The translations under genes were made by a program, and so were the position numbers. From Ignavibacteria bacterium RIFOXYB12_FULL_35_14 (GTDB lineage Bacteria; Bacteroidota; Ignavibacteria; Ignavibacteriales; Ignavibacteriaceae), in assembly GCA_001803045.1 (NCBI GenBank), contig MHAR01000090.1, positions 3,498-67,497 on the forward strand: 64,000 nt of DNA. Direction: 5' to 3'. Positions 29,350 through 37,474 of the stretch are shown piece by piece (within the stretch, counting starts at the first letter, position 1; each line of letters opens with the position of its first letter). Under the pieces are notes generated by a model, which was given only the letters and a program-made list of their open reading frames with translations, was not told the origin of the DNA and made no database searches.

Positions 29350-29802
29350 CTATTTTTTGTATTCTTTTAAGAAACCTTTAAATTCAATTCTGTGAGACTC
29401 TTCCATTCCAAGAAGTCGTATACATAAATCTTGAGTCACGTAATCTTTACCCTCACATAGTTTTATTAATTTATTGTATTGCTTTACAGCACCATCCTCG
29501 GCTTGAATTACACCTTCAATTACGGATACCACATCTGTAGTATCTTTTAAAGTTTGTAAGTATTTCTGTTCTGCTTTAAGTTCCATTGAACCGGGAACAC
29601 TTCCACCCAACTCTTTAATTCGCTTGGCCAACGATTGAGCGTGAGCAATCTCTTCTAATATATCTACGCTCAGAGATTTTTTTATTTCTTCTGCTCTAAC
29701 CCCATCAAGATTAACGGAATTTGATATGTAATTTATTACTGTTTCAATTTCCATCCAGTAACTTTTAATCAAATTACTAATTATTTCCTTATTTGCAGCC
29801 AT
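29350..29802 (-). CDS. ferritin-like superfamily protein
   Basis: Four-helix-bundle-like spacing with E..H ligand pairs (LEEIAHAQ and MEESHRIEF). Confidence 0.65.
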   Translation of the reverse strand: MAANKEIISNLIKSYWMEIETVINYISNSVNLDGVRAEEIKKSLSVDILEEIAHAQSLAKRIKELGGSVPGSMELKAEQKYLQTLKDTTDVVSVIEGVIQAEDGAVKQYNKLIKLCEGKDYVTQDLCIRLLGMEESHRIEFKGFLKEYKK

Positions 29803-29816
29803 AATGTTTCTCCTTT

Positions 29817-31121
29817 TTAGTTTATAATTTTTTTAATGATTTTGAGTTTCTTCGTTTTTGTATGTGAAAAAGTTAAAGAATTAAGAATCTTATCCCGTGC
29901 TATCTCCAACTTAGCTTTATTATCAGTGAAAACTTCTGCTATAACATCGCCTTTGTTAATTTTGCTGCCAATTTTTGAATAAAAAATAATACCCGCTTTA
30001 GGATCGATTTTATCCTCTTTCGTTCTTCTTCCGGCACCCAATTCCAAAGCAGACATACCAATATCGTAATTATTTATGACAGATAAATGTCCTGTCTTTG
30101 GAGAAAATATTTTTTTTGAAAATTTGGATTTTGGATACAAATCAGGATTGTGTATATACTTCAAATCTCCGCCTTGATTCTTAACTATTTCAATAAACTT
30201 TTCAAAAGCTTTACCGTTCTTTATTAATTCAAACGATATTTTTTTTCCTTCTTCAATTGAACCCGCTTTGTTTCCCAGATAGATCATTGCTCCCGATAAA
30301 GTTAAGCTTAATTCTAAAAGATCTTCAACATTTTCACCCTGCAGTACTTTTATTGATTCATGAACCTCAAACCAATTACCAATGTAATTGCCAAGCGGCT
30401 GGTTCATGTCCGTGATAAAAGCAATTACTTTTTTATCAAAAGATTTTGCTGTTCTTATCAAAGACTCAGCAAGTTTAGCGGCATCTTTTTCGTCGGACAT
30501 GAAGGCACCGCTTCCGGTTTTCACATCTAATACGAGTCCATCAATTCCTTCCGCAATTTTCTTGCTCATTATACTTCCGGTAATGAGCGGGATTGATTCA
30601 ACAGTTGCAGTTACATCACGAAGAGCATAAATTAATTTATCTGCAGGTGCAATTTCCTTGGTTTGCCCGATTAAAACAGCTCCGCATTTCTTTAAAATAT
30701 TTTTGAATTGAGATAAAGATAAATCTGTTCTGAAACCTGGAATAGAGTCTAACTTATCCAACGTTCCCCCGGAATGTCCAAGCCCTCTTCCTGAAATCAT
30801 AGGAACTTTCACTCCTGCTGCAGCGGCAATTGGGGCGATTATCATAGAAGTTTTATCTCCAACTCCTCCGGTTGAATGTTTGTCGACTTTTACACCTTTA
30901 ATTTTTCTGAGATCAACAATTTTACCCGAGTTGATCATCGCATCAGTTAAAGCTGATTGTTCTGTTTCATTCATTCCTCTGAAATAAACTGCCATTAGGA
31001 AAGCGGAGAATTGGTAGTCGGGAATTTTTTTATTTTGATAAGAATTGATTAAAAAATGTATCTCGCTTTTTGTGAGCGGTAAGCCGTTTCTTTTTTTGCG
31101 GATGAGTTCTACGGTATTCAT
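29817..31121 (-). CDS. thymidine / pyrimidine-nucleoside phosphorylase
   Basis: DKHSTGGVGDKTS phosphate-binding motif, 434 aa, C-terminal PYNP domain. Confidence 0.9.
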   Translation of the reverse strand: MNTVELIRKKRNGLPLTKSEIHFLINSYQNKKIPDYQFSAFLMAVYFRGMNETEQSALTDAMINSGKIVDLRKIKGVKVDKHSTGGVGDKTSMIIAPIAAAAGVKVPMISGRGLGHSGGTLDKLDSIPGFRTDLSLSQFKNILKKCGAVLIGQTKEIAPADKLIYALRDVTATVESIPLITGSIMSKKIAEGIDGLVLDVKTGSGAFMSDEKDAAKLAESLIRTAKSFDKKVIAFITDMNQPLGNYIGNWFEVHESIKVLQGENVEDLLELSLTLSGAMIYLGNKAGSIEEGKKISFELIKNGKAFEKFIEIVKNQGGDLKYIHNPDLYPKSKFSKKIFSPKTGHLSVINNYDIGMSALELGAGRRTKEDKIDPKAGIIFYSKIGSKINKGDVIAEVFTDNKAKLEIARDKILNSLTFSHTKTKKLKIIKKIIN

Positions 31122-31309
31122 ACTATAAATTTAACAATTATTAGGTTAAGTCGTGGTACTAAAAACTCAATTTCTCTGCACGATTGGGTTCATTCTTTAG
31201 AAACTGGATTTATTAAAGTGTGTTAAATGCGGCTAAAGTCGTTTTTATCTTTTTCATTGCCTCAGTCAGCTAAACCAGACTGCAATAGAAAATGTTTTTC
31301 TTTTTATAA

Positions 31310-31450
31310 CAATTGACCCTAGGGAGTGTTGCATAAGTTTTAAATGTCATGCTGAATTTATTTCAGCATCTAAATTTTTACTATAATGAGACCCCGAAAC
31401 AAGTTCGGGGTGACAAATTCGAGTTATGCAACAGACTCCCTAGTAAACTG
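31310..31450. repeat. structured repeat family Y copy 2
   Basis: Near-identical to 13229-13369, including both internal hairpins. Homology continues about 40 nt further, to ctttagccacat, in both copies. Confidence 0.7.
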
Positions 31451-31563
31451 ATTTAAATAATAGCTTAATGACTTTGTCTTTAGCCACATACTAAATTACC
31501 TGATATTTGTTTGCCCTATCTTATTTAATTATTTTTAGCCCTCAAAAACAGTGTTTAATTACC

Positions 31564-33348
31564 ATGACAACGAATGAAATGCAATTTAATAAAAGAACTC
31601 ATACTTGCGGCGAACTTAGAGAAAGTAACATTGGGCAATCAGTTGTTCTTAACGGATGGGTTGATACGAGAAGGGATCTTGGCGGATTAATTTTTATCGA
31701 TTTACGCGATCGTTATGGAATCACTCAAGTTGTTTTTGAACCAAACTTTAGTGAAGAGGCTCATAATTTTGCTAAAGATTTAAGAAGTGAATATGTCATT
31801 TCCATCGAAGGCAGCGTAAGAAAAAGACCGCCGGAAACAGACAATCCTTCTTTACCAACAGGCCATATTGATGTAATGGCGAAGAAGCTTGTTATTCTAA
31901 ATGAAGCAAAGACAACACCATTCCCGATAAAAGATAAGATTGATACAAACGAAGATATCAGATTGAAATATAGATACCTCGACTTAAGAAGAGCATCTGT
32001 TCAAAAAAATCTTTTGCTTCGGCACAAAATGTATCAGATAACCAGGAAATATTTTGATGAAAATAATTTTGTTGAAATAGAAACTCCTGTGCTAATGAAA
32101 AGCACGCCCGAAGGTGCAAGAGATTATCTTGTGCCAAGCAGAATTCACAAAGGTAAGTTTTACGCGCTGCCGCAATCTCCGCAAACGTATAAACAATTGC
32201 TTATGATTTCGGGCTTTGATCGTTATTTCCAGATTGTAAAATGTTTTAGGGATGAAGATCTGCGTGCAGACAGGCAACCGGAGTTCACACAGATTGATGT
32301 TGAAATGTCTTTTGTAGATCAGGAAGATATTTTCCAAATGGTTGAAGGTCTAATGAAGTTATTGTACAAAGAAATTTGGAATTTGGATTTGCAGCTTCCT
32401 CTTCCAATGTTTTCTTTTGATGAAGCAATGGAAAAATACGGCAGCGATAAACCGGATTTACGATTTAACCTTTCACTAACTACTCTTAATAAAGTATTTG
32501 CAAGCACCACATTTAAGGTCTTCAAAGAGCAAATTGATGCCGGCGGAATCATTACAGGACTTTTAGCTAATGGCTGCGGAGACTACACAAGAAATCAGCT
32601 TGATGTGCTAACGGATTTTGTTAAGAAACTCGGCGCAGGCGGTTTAATTTGGATGAGAGTGAAAGATGGCGGTGAGCTTGAAGCACCTATCGCAAAATTT
32701 TTAACCGATGAGGAAAAACAAAATCTCATCATGAGTATTAATGCCAAACCAGGAGATTTGATTTTTATTCTTACTGGAAGCAGAATAAAAACACTCAACA
32801 TAATGGGTCTGCTAAGATTGGAAATGGCAAGACGACTCGATTTAATTAAAGCTGATTCACCGCCAAAATTACTTTGGGTTACTGACTTCCCGCTATTCGA
32901 GTGGGATGAAGAGTCCAAGCGTTTTTATGCAATGCATCATCCATTTACTTCACCAAGACTCGAAGATGTCAAGCTTATGGATTCGCATCCGGAAAAAGTT
33001 AAAGCCCGTGCATACGATCTTGTACTTAATGGAAGTGAAATTGCCGGTGGAAGCATCAGAATTCATAATGCATCTTTACAAGCCAAAATGTTTAAAGCAT
33101 TAGGAATTAGTCATGAGGAAGCCGAACATAAATTTGGTTTTTTAACAAAAGCGTTCAAATATGGTGCGCCGCCTCATGGAGGAATAGCTTTTGGGTTCGA
33201 CAGGATGGTAATGATATTTGTAGGGGAAAGCTCAATCAGAGAGGTTATAGCTTTTCCCAAAACTGCCAGTGCTATATCGCTTATGGATGATTCGCCTTCA
33301 AATGTAAGTGAAGAGCAATTAAGAGAATTGCATATTAAGATAAGATAA
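31564..33348 (+). CDS. aspS: aspartate--tRNA ligase
   Basis: OB-fold N-terminus (HTCGELR...V.L.GWV..RRDLGGLIFIDLRD) and class II motifs FRDEDLRADRQPEFTQID and GGSIRIH. The start is set at ATG 31564 (MTTNEMQFNK); the track start is an upstream TTG. Confidence 0.95.
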   Translation: MTTNEMQFNKRTHTCGELRESNIGQSVVLNGWVDTRRDLGGLIFIDLRDRYGITQVVFEPNFSEEAHNFAKDLRSEYVISIEGSVRKRPPETDNPSLPTGHIDVMAKKLVILNEAKTTPFPIKDKIDTNEDIRLKYRYLDLRRASVQKNLLLRHKMYQITRKYFDENNFVEIETPVLMKSTPEGARDYLVPSRIHKGKFYALPQSPQTYKQLLMISGFDRYFQIVKCFRDEDLRADRQPEFTQIDVEMSFVDQEDIFQMVEGLMKLLYKEIWNLDLQLPLPMFSFDEAMEKYGSDKPDLRFNLSLTTLNKVFASTTFKVFKEQIDAGGIITGLLANGCGDYTRNQLDVLTDFVKKLGAGGLIWMRVKDGGELEAPIAKFLTDEEKQNLIMSINAKPGDLIFILTGSRIKTLNIMGLLRLEMARRLDLIKADSPPKLLWVTDFPLFEWDEESKRFYAMHHPFTSPRLEDVKLMDSHPEKVKARAYDLVLNGSEIAGGSIRIHNASLQAKMFKALGISHEEAEHKFGFLTKAFKYGAPPHGGIAFGFDRMVMIFVGESSIREVIAFPKTASAISLMDDSPSNVSEEQLRELHIKIR

Positions 33349-33558
33349 TACTCTAGTTTATTTAAAGGGAGGATCTAAAAACTCCAAATCACAAAAAGCA
33401 AATCTCAAATAATCTCCAATAACCAAAATTCAGATGACCGAAACAAAACCCCTCCCTGGCGGGTATTTTTTTGTAAATTTGGTTTTGTGAATTTGTAATT
33501 TATTTGTCATTTGGCGCTTATTGTTTGAGATTTTATAGATTCCCTTATGGTGATTTTG

Positions 33559-35184
33559 TTAAAGGGTTTTAGTGTAATCATCAATTAGATAATCGTACTT
33601 TCCAACATTAAAATTCCAAATTTCTTTTAGGCGATTTAACTCCCACAAATCACCTTTAATTATAATAGATAGTCTCTCATAATATTTTGCCAAACTTGGA
33701 TGAGCTATTTTATTATCTCCAGTCTTTAGTGTTTCCAGATATCCTTCCGGAATCTTACGGGCAAAATGTCCGATTCTCCAAAATTTTTCATTCCTTGGTT
33801 TGTCCTTTCCTATTAGCCAATATTCAGTTGAGGGAAGTCTTGCAAGTAGTGGTTCAGTTAATGCATATTGATCTATGATATGCACATTATTCTCAGCATA
33901 AAAGCCAAACATTCCAATAGTTGGTTTTACAACAAAATTATTCTTTACTTCTTTGACTGCATAAGCATGCTTAATCCATGGATGTTGTTCAACTTTATTT
34001 TCAGAGAGATTATTTAACAGACCCGTGTTTTCGTAATACCAAAATCGTTCATCGGTTATACCTTCATTCATTCCGCTTATCATTGGACCAAATCTAAACG
34101 CATGAATTATTTTCGGACCTAAACTATATTGTTGTGTGCTAAATAAATTTGGCCGGGGAGAGAGCAAACCCAATCCAATAATTATAACTGCAGATACTAT
34201 CGCTAGCTTAATAGATTTGATTTCTATTTTTGAAAATATAATCACTGCACAAAGCAACGGAACGGAAAGAAATCTACCACTCATAAAATCACCGCCGATA
34301 TTTATGATGTAAACAATATAAAATATTATTCCTGCAGTTAGTGGTAATAATTTTTTGTTTTTTAGGATAAGGGAGATAATTATTCCGGTAATCATGACAA
34401 GAATGGTCAGTGGGTCTAAATAAAGAGAATCGAGTAGATAAAGCAATCCTTGTCGTAACAATTCAATTTGGCTTATACCGGTATTTAGTTTTGCGTAAGC
34501 CGTATTGGGGAAAAAAAATCCATAATAAAAGAGCGAAAACAATTCCCAGAGAAGTAAGGGAGAAAAACCTATTAGGATAATTGAAAGATTTTTAAGCTTA
34601 TCCTTTTCTTTTAAATAGATAATTACTAAAGCAGGCAAAAAAATTATGAGAATATCCAATCTGTTTAGGACTGCAAGACAAAAAAGAAATGAAAGCAGGA
34701 ATAATTTCTTCTTGCCATCTGCGCTACGGAAATAAACTATAAAAAATAACACAATGAGTAAGTGTGCGAGCGGATTTTCTAATCCTGAAGTAGAATAATC
34801 AACAAATGCTTTTGAGAATACCAATATTAAGGCTGCAATTATTGAATTAAGCGGAGCGATAGAAATCTTTTCCAGGAGAAGAAAAAAAGCTAATAGTGAA
34901 ATACCAATTGAAATAGTAATGCTTGTAAAATAAAATTCATTTGTTAAAACATAAAGTCCTGAGATAAGAAACATCCAAAGCGGATGAGTGTAAGCTTGAA
35001 CTCTTTCACCAATATTCCATGTTAAGCCGAAACCATTTATAAAATTATCTATGCTTCGGAAGGTAATATATGCATCGTCTGAGAGCCAAGCAGTTATAAA
35101 GACTATAATCAGATATAAGAATATTAATGGAACGTACATCCATTTAATTTGAAGATATTTTTGTTCATTTAATATCACAGTCAA
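33559..35184 (-). CDS. GT-C fold polytopic membrane glycosyltransferase
   Basis: At least 10 TM helices, with a DDAYITFR motif in the first extracytoplasmic loop (the DD/DxD hallmark of GT-C enzymes) and a soluble C-terminal domain. Confidence 0.6.
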   Translation of the reverse strand: MTVILNEQKYLQIKWMYVPLIFLYLIIVFITAWLSDDAYITFRSIDNFINGFGLTWNIGERVQAYTHPLWMFLISGLYVLTNEFYFTSITISIGISLLAFFLLLEKISIAPLNSIIAALILVFSKAFVDYSTSGLENPLAHLLIVLFFIVYFRSADGKKKLFLLSFLFCLAVLNRLDILIIFLPALVIIYLKEKDKLKNLSIILIGFSPLLLWELFSLFYYGFFFPNTAYAKLNTGISQIELLRQGLLYLLDSLYLDPLTILVMITGIIISLILKNKKLLPLTAGIIFYIVYIINIGGDFMSGRFLSVPLLCAVIIFSKIEIKSIKLAIVSAVIIIGLGLLSPRPNLFSTQQYSLGPKIIHAFRFGPMISGMNEGITDERFWYYENTGLLNNLSENKVEQHPWIKHAYAVKEVKNNFVVKPTIGMFGFYAENNVHIIDQYALTEPLLARLPSTEYWLIGKDKPRNEKFWRIGHFARKIPEGYLETLKTGDNKIAHPSLAKYYERLSIIIKGDLWELNRLKEIWNFNVGKYDYLIDDYTKTL

Positions 35185-35619
35185 AATCTTTTTAATTTAT
35201 CAAAACAATAATAAAGCCAGTAGATTCGCCTTGTAAAAAAATATCGGAGCTGTTTCAGATTAAATTAGCCTAAATGGTAGAAAATTTACTCATAGGTGTT
35301 TTCCATCAAATTAGCTCCCATAGGGACAGGCATAAAATTTTCGCATACACATTTTACGGCTGCGATTTTTAAATACAACAAATCTCATATGTAACATTAT
35401 TACTTAAGCATTCATTGAAATTGTAAAATTTACTTTGAAAAAGTTAAGTTTTGAGTAAAACTTTCCGAGATTCGCCCATAGGTAAACCTTACATCCTTAT
35501 CACAAAAGGTGTATTCGGTAATTTCGAACCGCATCGAACATATTACTTGTAAAAGTTTCAAAGGTTTAGTTCTTTTATAAAAATCTATCAATCAGAATTA
35601 AAATCACAATTATTTCCGG

Positions 35620-35635
35620 TGGCACATTTTTTTCT
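35620..35635 (+). promoter_or_regulatory. candidate sigma-54 promoter (TGGCAC-N5-TTTC)
   Basis: TGGCACatttttTTC lies about 45 nt upstream of the pilin-like gene 1 start. The -12 GC is replaced by TC. Confidence 0.3.
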
Positions 35636-35679
35636 GGACTCTTTACGAATGTTTTCAGAAATAATGTATAGAATGAAAC

Positions 35680-36063
35680 TTGGGTCAGCAGCAATTATTA
35701 TTAATTCTTCTTGGGATCGTAGTTATTGCAATAGCAGTAGCTATAGGCATAAGCTTGTTCAGGGCTCATGCGATATCCTCAAAACGGGATATACTAACAA
35801 ATGAAACGATTGATATGGCAGCACAAGCAATTGGCTATTACAAAAGAGCAAGAGAATTTGGCGGAGGAGGTAAGTCATTTATTGGCTGGCAAATTCCTCC
35901 TCAATTACAAAACACGGTTAATGGCTCATACGTTATTGATGCAATTAATAAAGATGAAGTGGTGATAATTGCAACAGGAACTGAAGTGGTAACCGGGAGC
36001 GATTCAATACAGGTTAAAACGACAGTTTACTCGGATAACTATCAAATAGAAGTAATTCACTAA
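35680..36063 (+). CDS. type IV pilin-like protein 1 (atypical, TTG start, no leader)
   Basis: (M)GQQQLLLILLGIVVIAIAVAIGISLF hydrophobic N-terminus, GGGG run, 127 aa. An in-frame TGA lies two codons upstream. No clear SD, so it may be weakly expressed. Confidence 0.5.
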   Translation: MGQQQLLLILLGIVVIAIAVAIGISLFRAHAISSKRDILTNETIDMAAQAIGYYKRAREFGGGGKSFIGWQIPPQLQNTVNGSYVIDAINKDEVVIIATGTEVVTGSDSIQVKTTVYSDNYQIEVIH

Positions 36064-36129
36064 TTAACAGAATGGATAAAATTTTAATCCATCTTATAAC
36101 TAACAATAAACTAAAATAGGAGATCTAAA

Positions 36130-36510
36130 ATGGGTCAACAGCAGCTTCTTTTAATCGTGCTCGGCGTTATCGTAGTAGGTATCGCAGTAGTTGTGGGTAT
36201 CAACTTGTTTAATGCTAACGCAGTTTCTTCAAACAGAGACGGAGTAGTTTCTGATTTGAATAACTTAGGTGCAATGGGGCAACAGTACTACAAGAAACCA
36301 ACTTCAATGGGAGGCGGCGGAAACACATTCACTGGCTGGACGCTTCCTGCAGAATTAGATACAACTGCAAACGGAAATTATGTACTGACAGTAAATGCAC
36401 AGTCACTTACAATTGAAGGATACGGAACTGAACTAGCGCCTAACGGAAGCAAGATAAACCACACAGCCACAGTGGGACCGTCCTCAATAACAGTGGTAAA
36501 AACTAACTAA
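36130..36510 (+). CDS. type IV pilin-like protein 2 (atypical, no prepilin leader)
   Basis: AGGAG SD, then ATG. In-frame TAA at 36112-36114. MGQQQLLLIVLGVIVVGIAVVVGINLF, followed by an amphipathic segment and a Thr/Asn/Gly-rich C-terminal half. 126 aa. Confidence 0.65.
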   Translation: MGQQQLLLIVLGVIVVGIAVVVGINLFNANAVSSNRDGVVSDLNNLGAMGQQYYKKPTSMGGGGNTFTGWTLPAELDTTANGNYVLTVNAQSLTIEGYGTELAPNGSKINHTATVGPSSITVVKTN

Positions 36511-36561
36511 TCACATGATAGTTGGAAAATTAAATTAAATTTAATTTAATAAATTCTTAAG

Positions 36562-36596
36562 GGCTGGTAAAACAAGTTTGTATTATCAGCCTTTTT
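36562..36596 (+). terminator. candidate intrinsic terminator after pilin-like gene 2
   Basis: ggctg...cagcc stem followed by tttttacttttt. The homologous site after pilin 3 (about 37423-37460) has a stem mismatch and an interrupted T-tract. Confidence 0.4.
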
Positions 36597-36614
36597 ACTT
36601 TTTAAAGGTGAAAA

Positions 36615-36744
36615 ATGATTGTAGTCAAATTTGCAATTGAAAAACAAGACCGATAGACCCTAAGCTGCTAGTTATCGGTTTTTTTATTCGGAGAGGGTAG
36701 GAAAAGAAATCAAAAGTATTTGGCAGAAGAGGTAAATCATATAC
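36615..36744 (+). pseudogene. decayed 5' fragment of the pilC-like gene
   Basis: atgattgtagtcaaatttgcaattgaaaaacaagaccgatag aligns to the pilC start at 37475 (atgattgaagtcaaatttacagcagaaaagcaagacgga) but contains stops. Confidence 0.65.
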
Positions 36745-36923
36745 CGGCTGGTAGATTCTAGCACGGATTCGAGTCATAGTGAATAACTTTTACACCAATA
36801 ATAAAATCAATGATGATAAGATGGGGTAATTACAACTGGCACTGAAGTTGTTAGCAGAGATGATGAAATGCAAGTTAAGACAATAGTTTACGCAGATAGT
36901 ATCAGTTGGCAGTAATTTGCTAA
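36745..36923 (+). pseudogene. decayed 3' fragment of a pilin-1-like gene
   Basis: Aligns to 35884-36063 (ggctggtagattc... versus ggctggcaaattcc...; ...actgaagttgttagc versus actgaagtggtaacc) and has in-frame stops. Confidence 0.6.
36837..36852 (+). promoter_or_regulatory. candidate sigma-54 promoter (TGGCAC-N5-TTGT)
   Basis: TGGCACtgaagTTGT lies about 140 nt upstream of pilin-like gene 3, inside the decayed pilin fragment. The homologous site in the intact gene (aggaactgaagtggt) lacks the motif. Confidence 0.35.
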
Positions 36924-36992
36924 TTCATAGAATGGATAAAATTTAAATCCACCAATAACTGGTAATCAATAAGAAAATATAGGAAATCTACA

Positions 36993-37373
36993 ATGGGTCA
37001 ACAGCAGCTTCTCTTAATTGTGCTTGGCGTTATCGTAGTGGGTATCGCAATAGCAATTGGTATTACTTTGTTTAGTGCTAACGCTGTATCTGCAAACAGA
37101 GACGGAGTAGTTTCTGATTTAAATCACTTGGGTGCAATGGCGCAGCAGTTCTACAAAAAACCAACCTCACAGGGCGGCGGTGGAAACGCATTCACAGGCT
37201 GGACACTTCCTGAAGAATTAGATACAACTGCAAACGGAAATTATGTGCTGACCGTAAATGCACAGTCAGTTACAATCCAAGGATATGGAACTGAGTTAGC
37301 GACTAACGGAAGTAAGATAAACCATACAGCAACAGTAGTGCCCTTTGCTGTAACAGTGGCAAAAACTAACTAA
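36993..37373 (+). CDS. type IV pilin-like protein 3 (atypical, no prepilin leader)
   Basis: About 86 percent aa identity to protein 2 by my count. AGGAA, then ATG. In-frame TAA at 36963-36965 with no ATG/GTG/TTG between it and the start. Confidence 0.65.
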   Translation: MGQQQLLLIVLGVIVVGIAIAIGITLFSANAVSANRDGVVSDLNHLGAMAQQFYKKPTSQGGGGNAFTGWTLPEELDTTANGNYVLTVNAQSVTIQGYGTELATNGSKINHTATVVPFAVTVAKTN

Positions 37374-37474
37374 TCAAATGATTGTTAGAAAATTAAATTT
37401 AAACCAGTTTAATAATCTTTTAGGGCCGAAAAACAGTTTGTATTTTCAGCCCCTCTACTTTTTAAAGGTGAAAA

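Noticed and set aside
31507-31563. N-terminal extensions offered by the ORF track for aspS (31507), the CYTH protein (to 21642), the hybrid kinase (to 52382) and the DUF302 protein (to 9137).
   Set aside because: The extensions start at non-ATG codons, encode hydrophobic or unconserved sequence, or overlap the upstream gene. Internal ATGs fit the conserved N-termini.
33390-33540. A long imperfect inverted repeat (aaatctcaaataa... / ...ttattgtttgagattt) between aspS and the GT-C gene, considered as a possible ncRNA.
   Set aside because: It lies exactly between two convergent gene ends and is AT-rich with many mismatches. It is more simply explained as a shared terminator region.
35619-35804. 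61-aa GTG-start ORF overlapping pilin-like gene 1 in another frame.
   Set aside because: The alternative frame encodes the conserved MGQQQLLL pilin-like protein shared with two paralogs. The 61-aa frame has no paralog support.
36072-36092. The palindrome atggataaaattttaatccat (repeated at 36932-36951) as a sigma-54 promoter or activator site.
   Set aside because: It has no GG-N10-GC spacing and sits right after the pilin 1 stop. It may be a weak terminator or an operator, but the evidence is insufficient to call either, so it is noted only as part of the duplicated unit.
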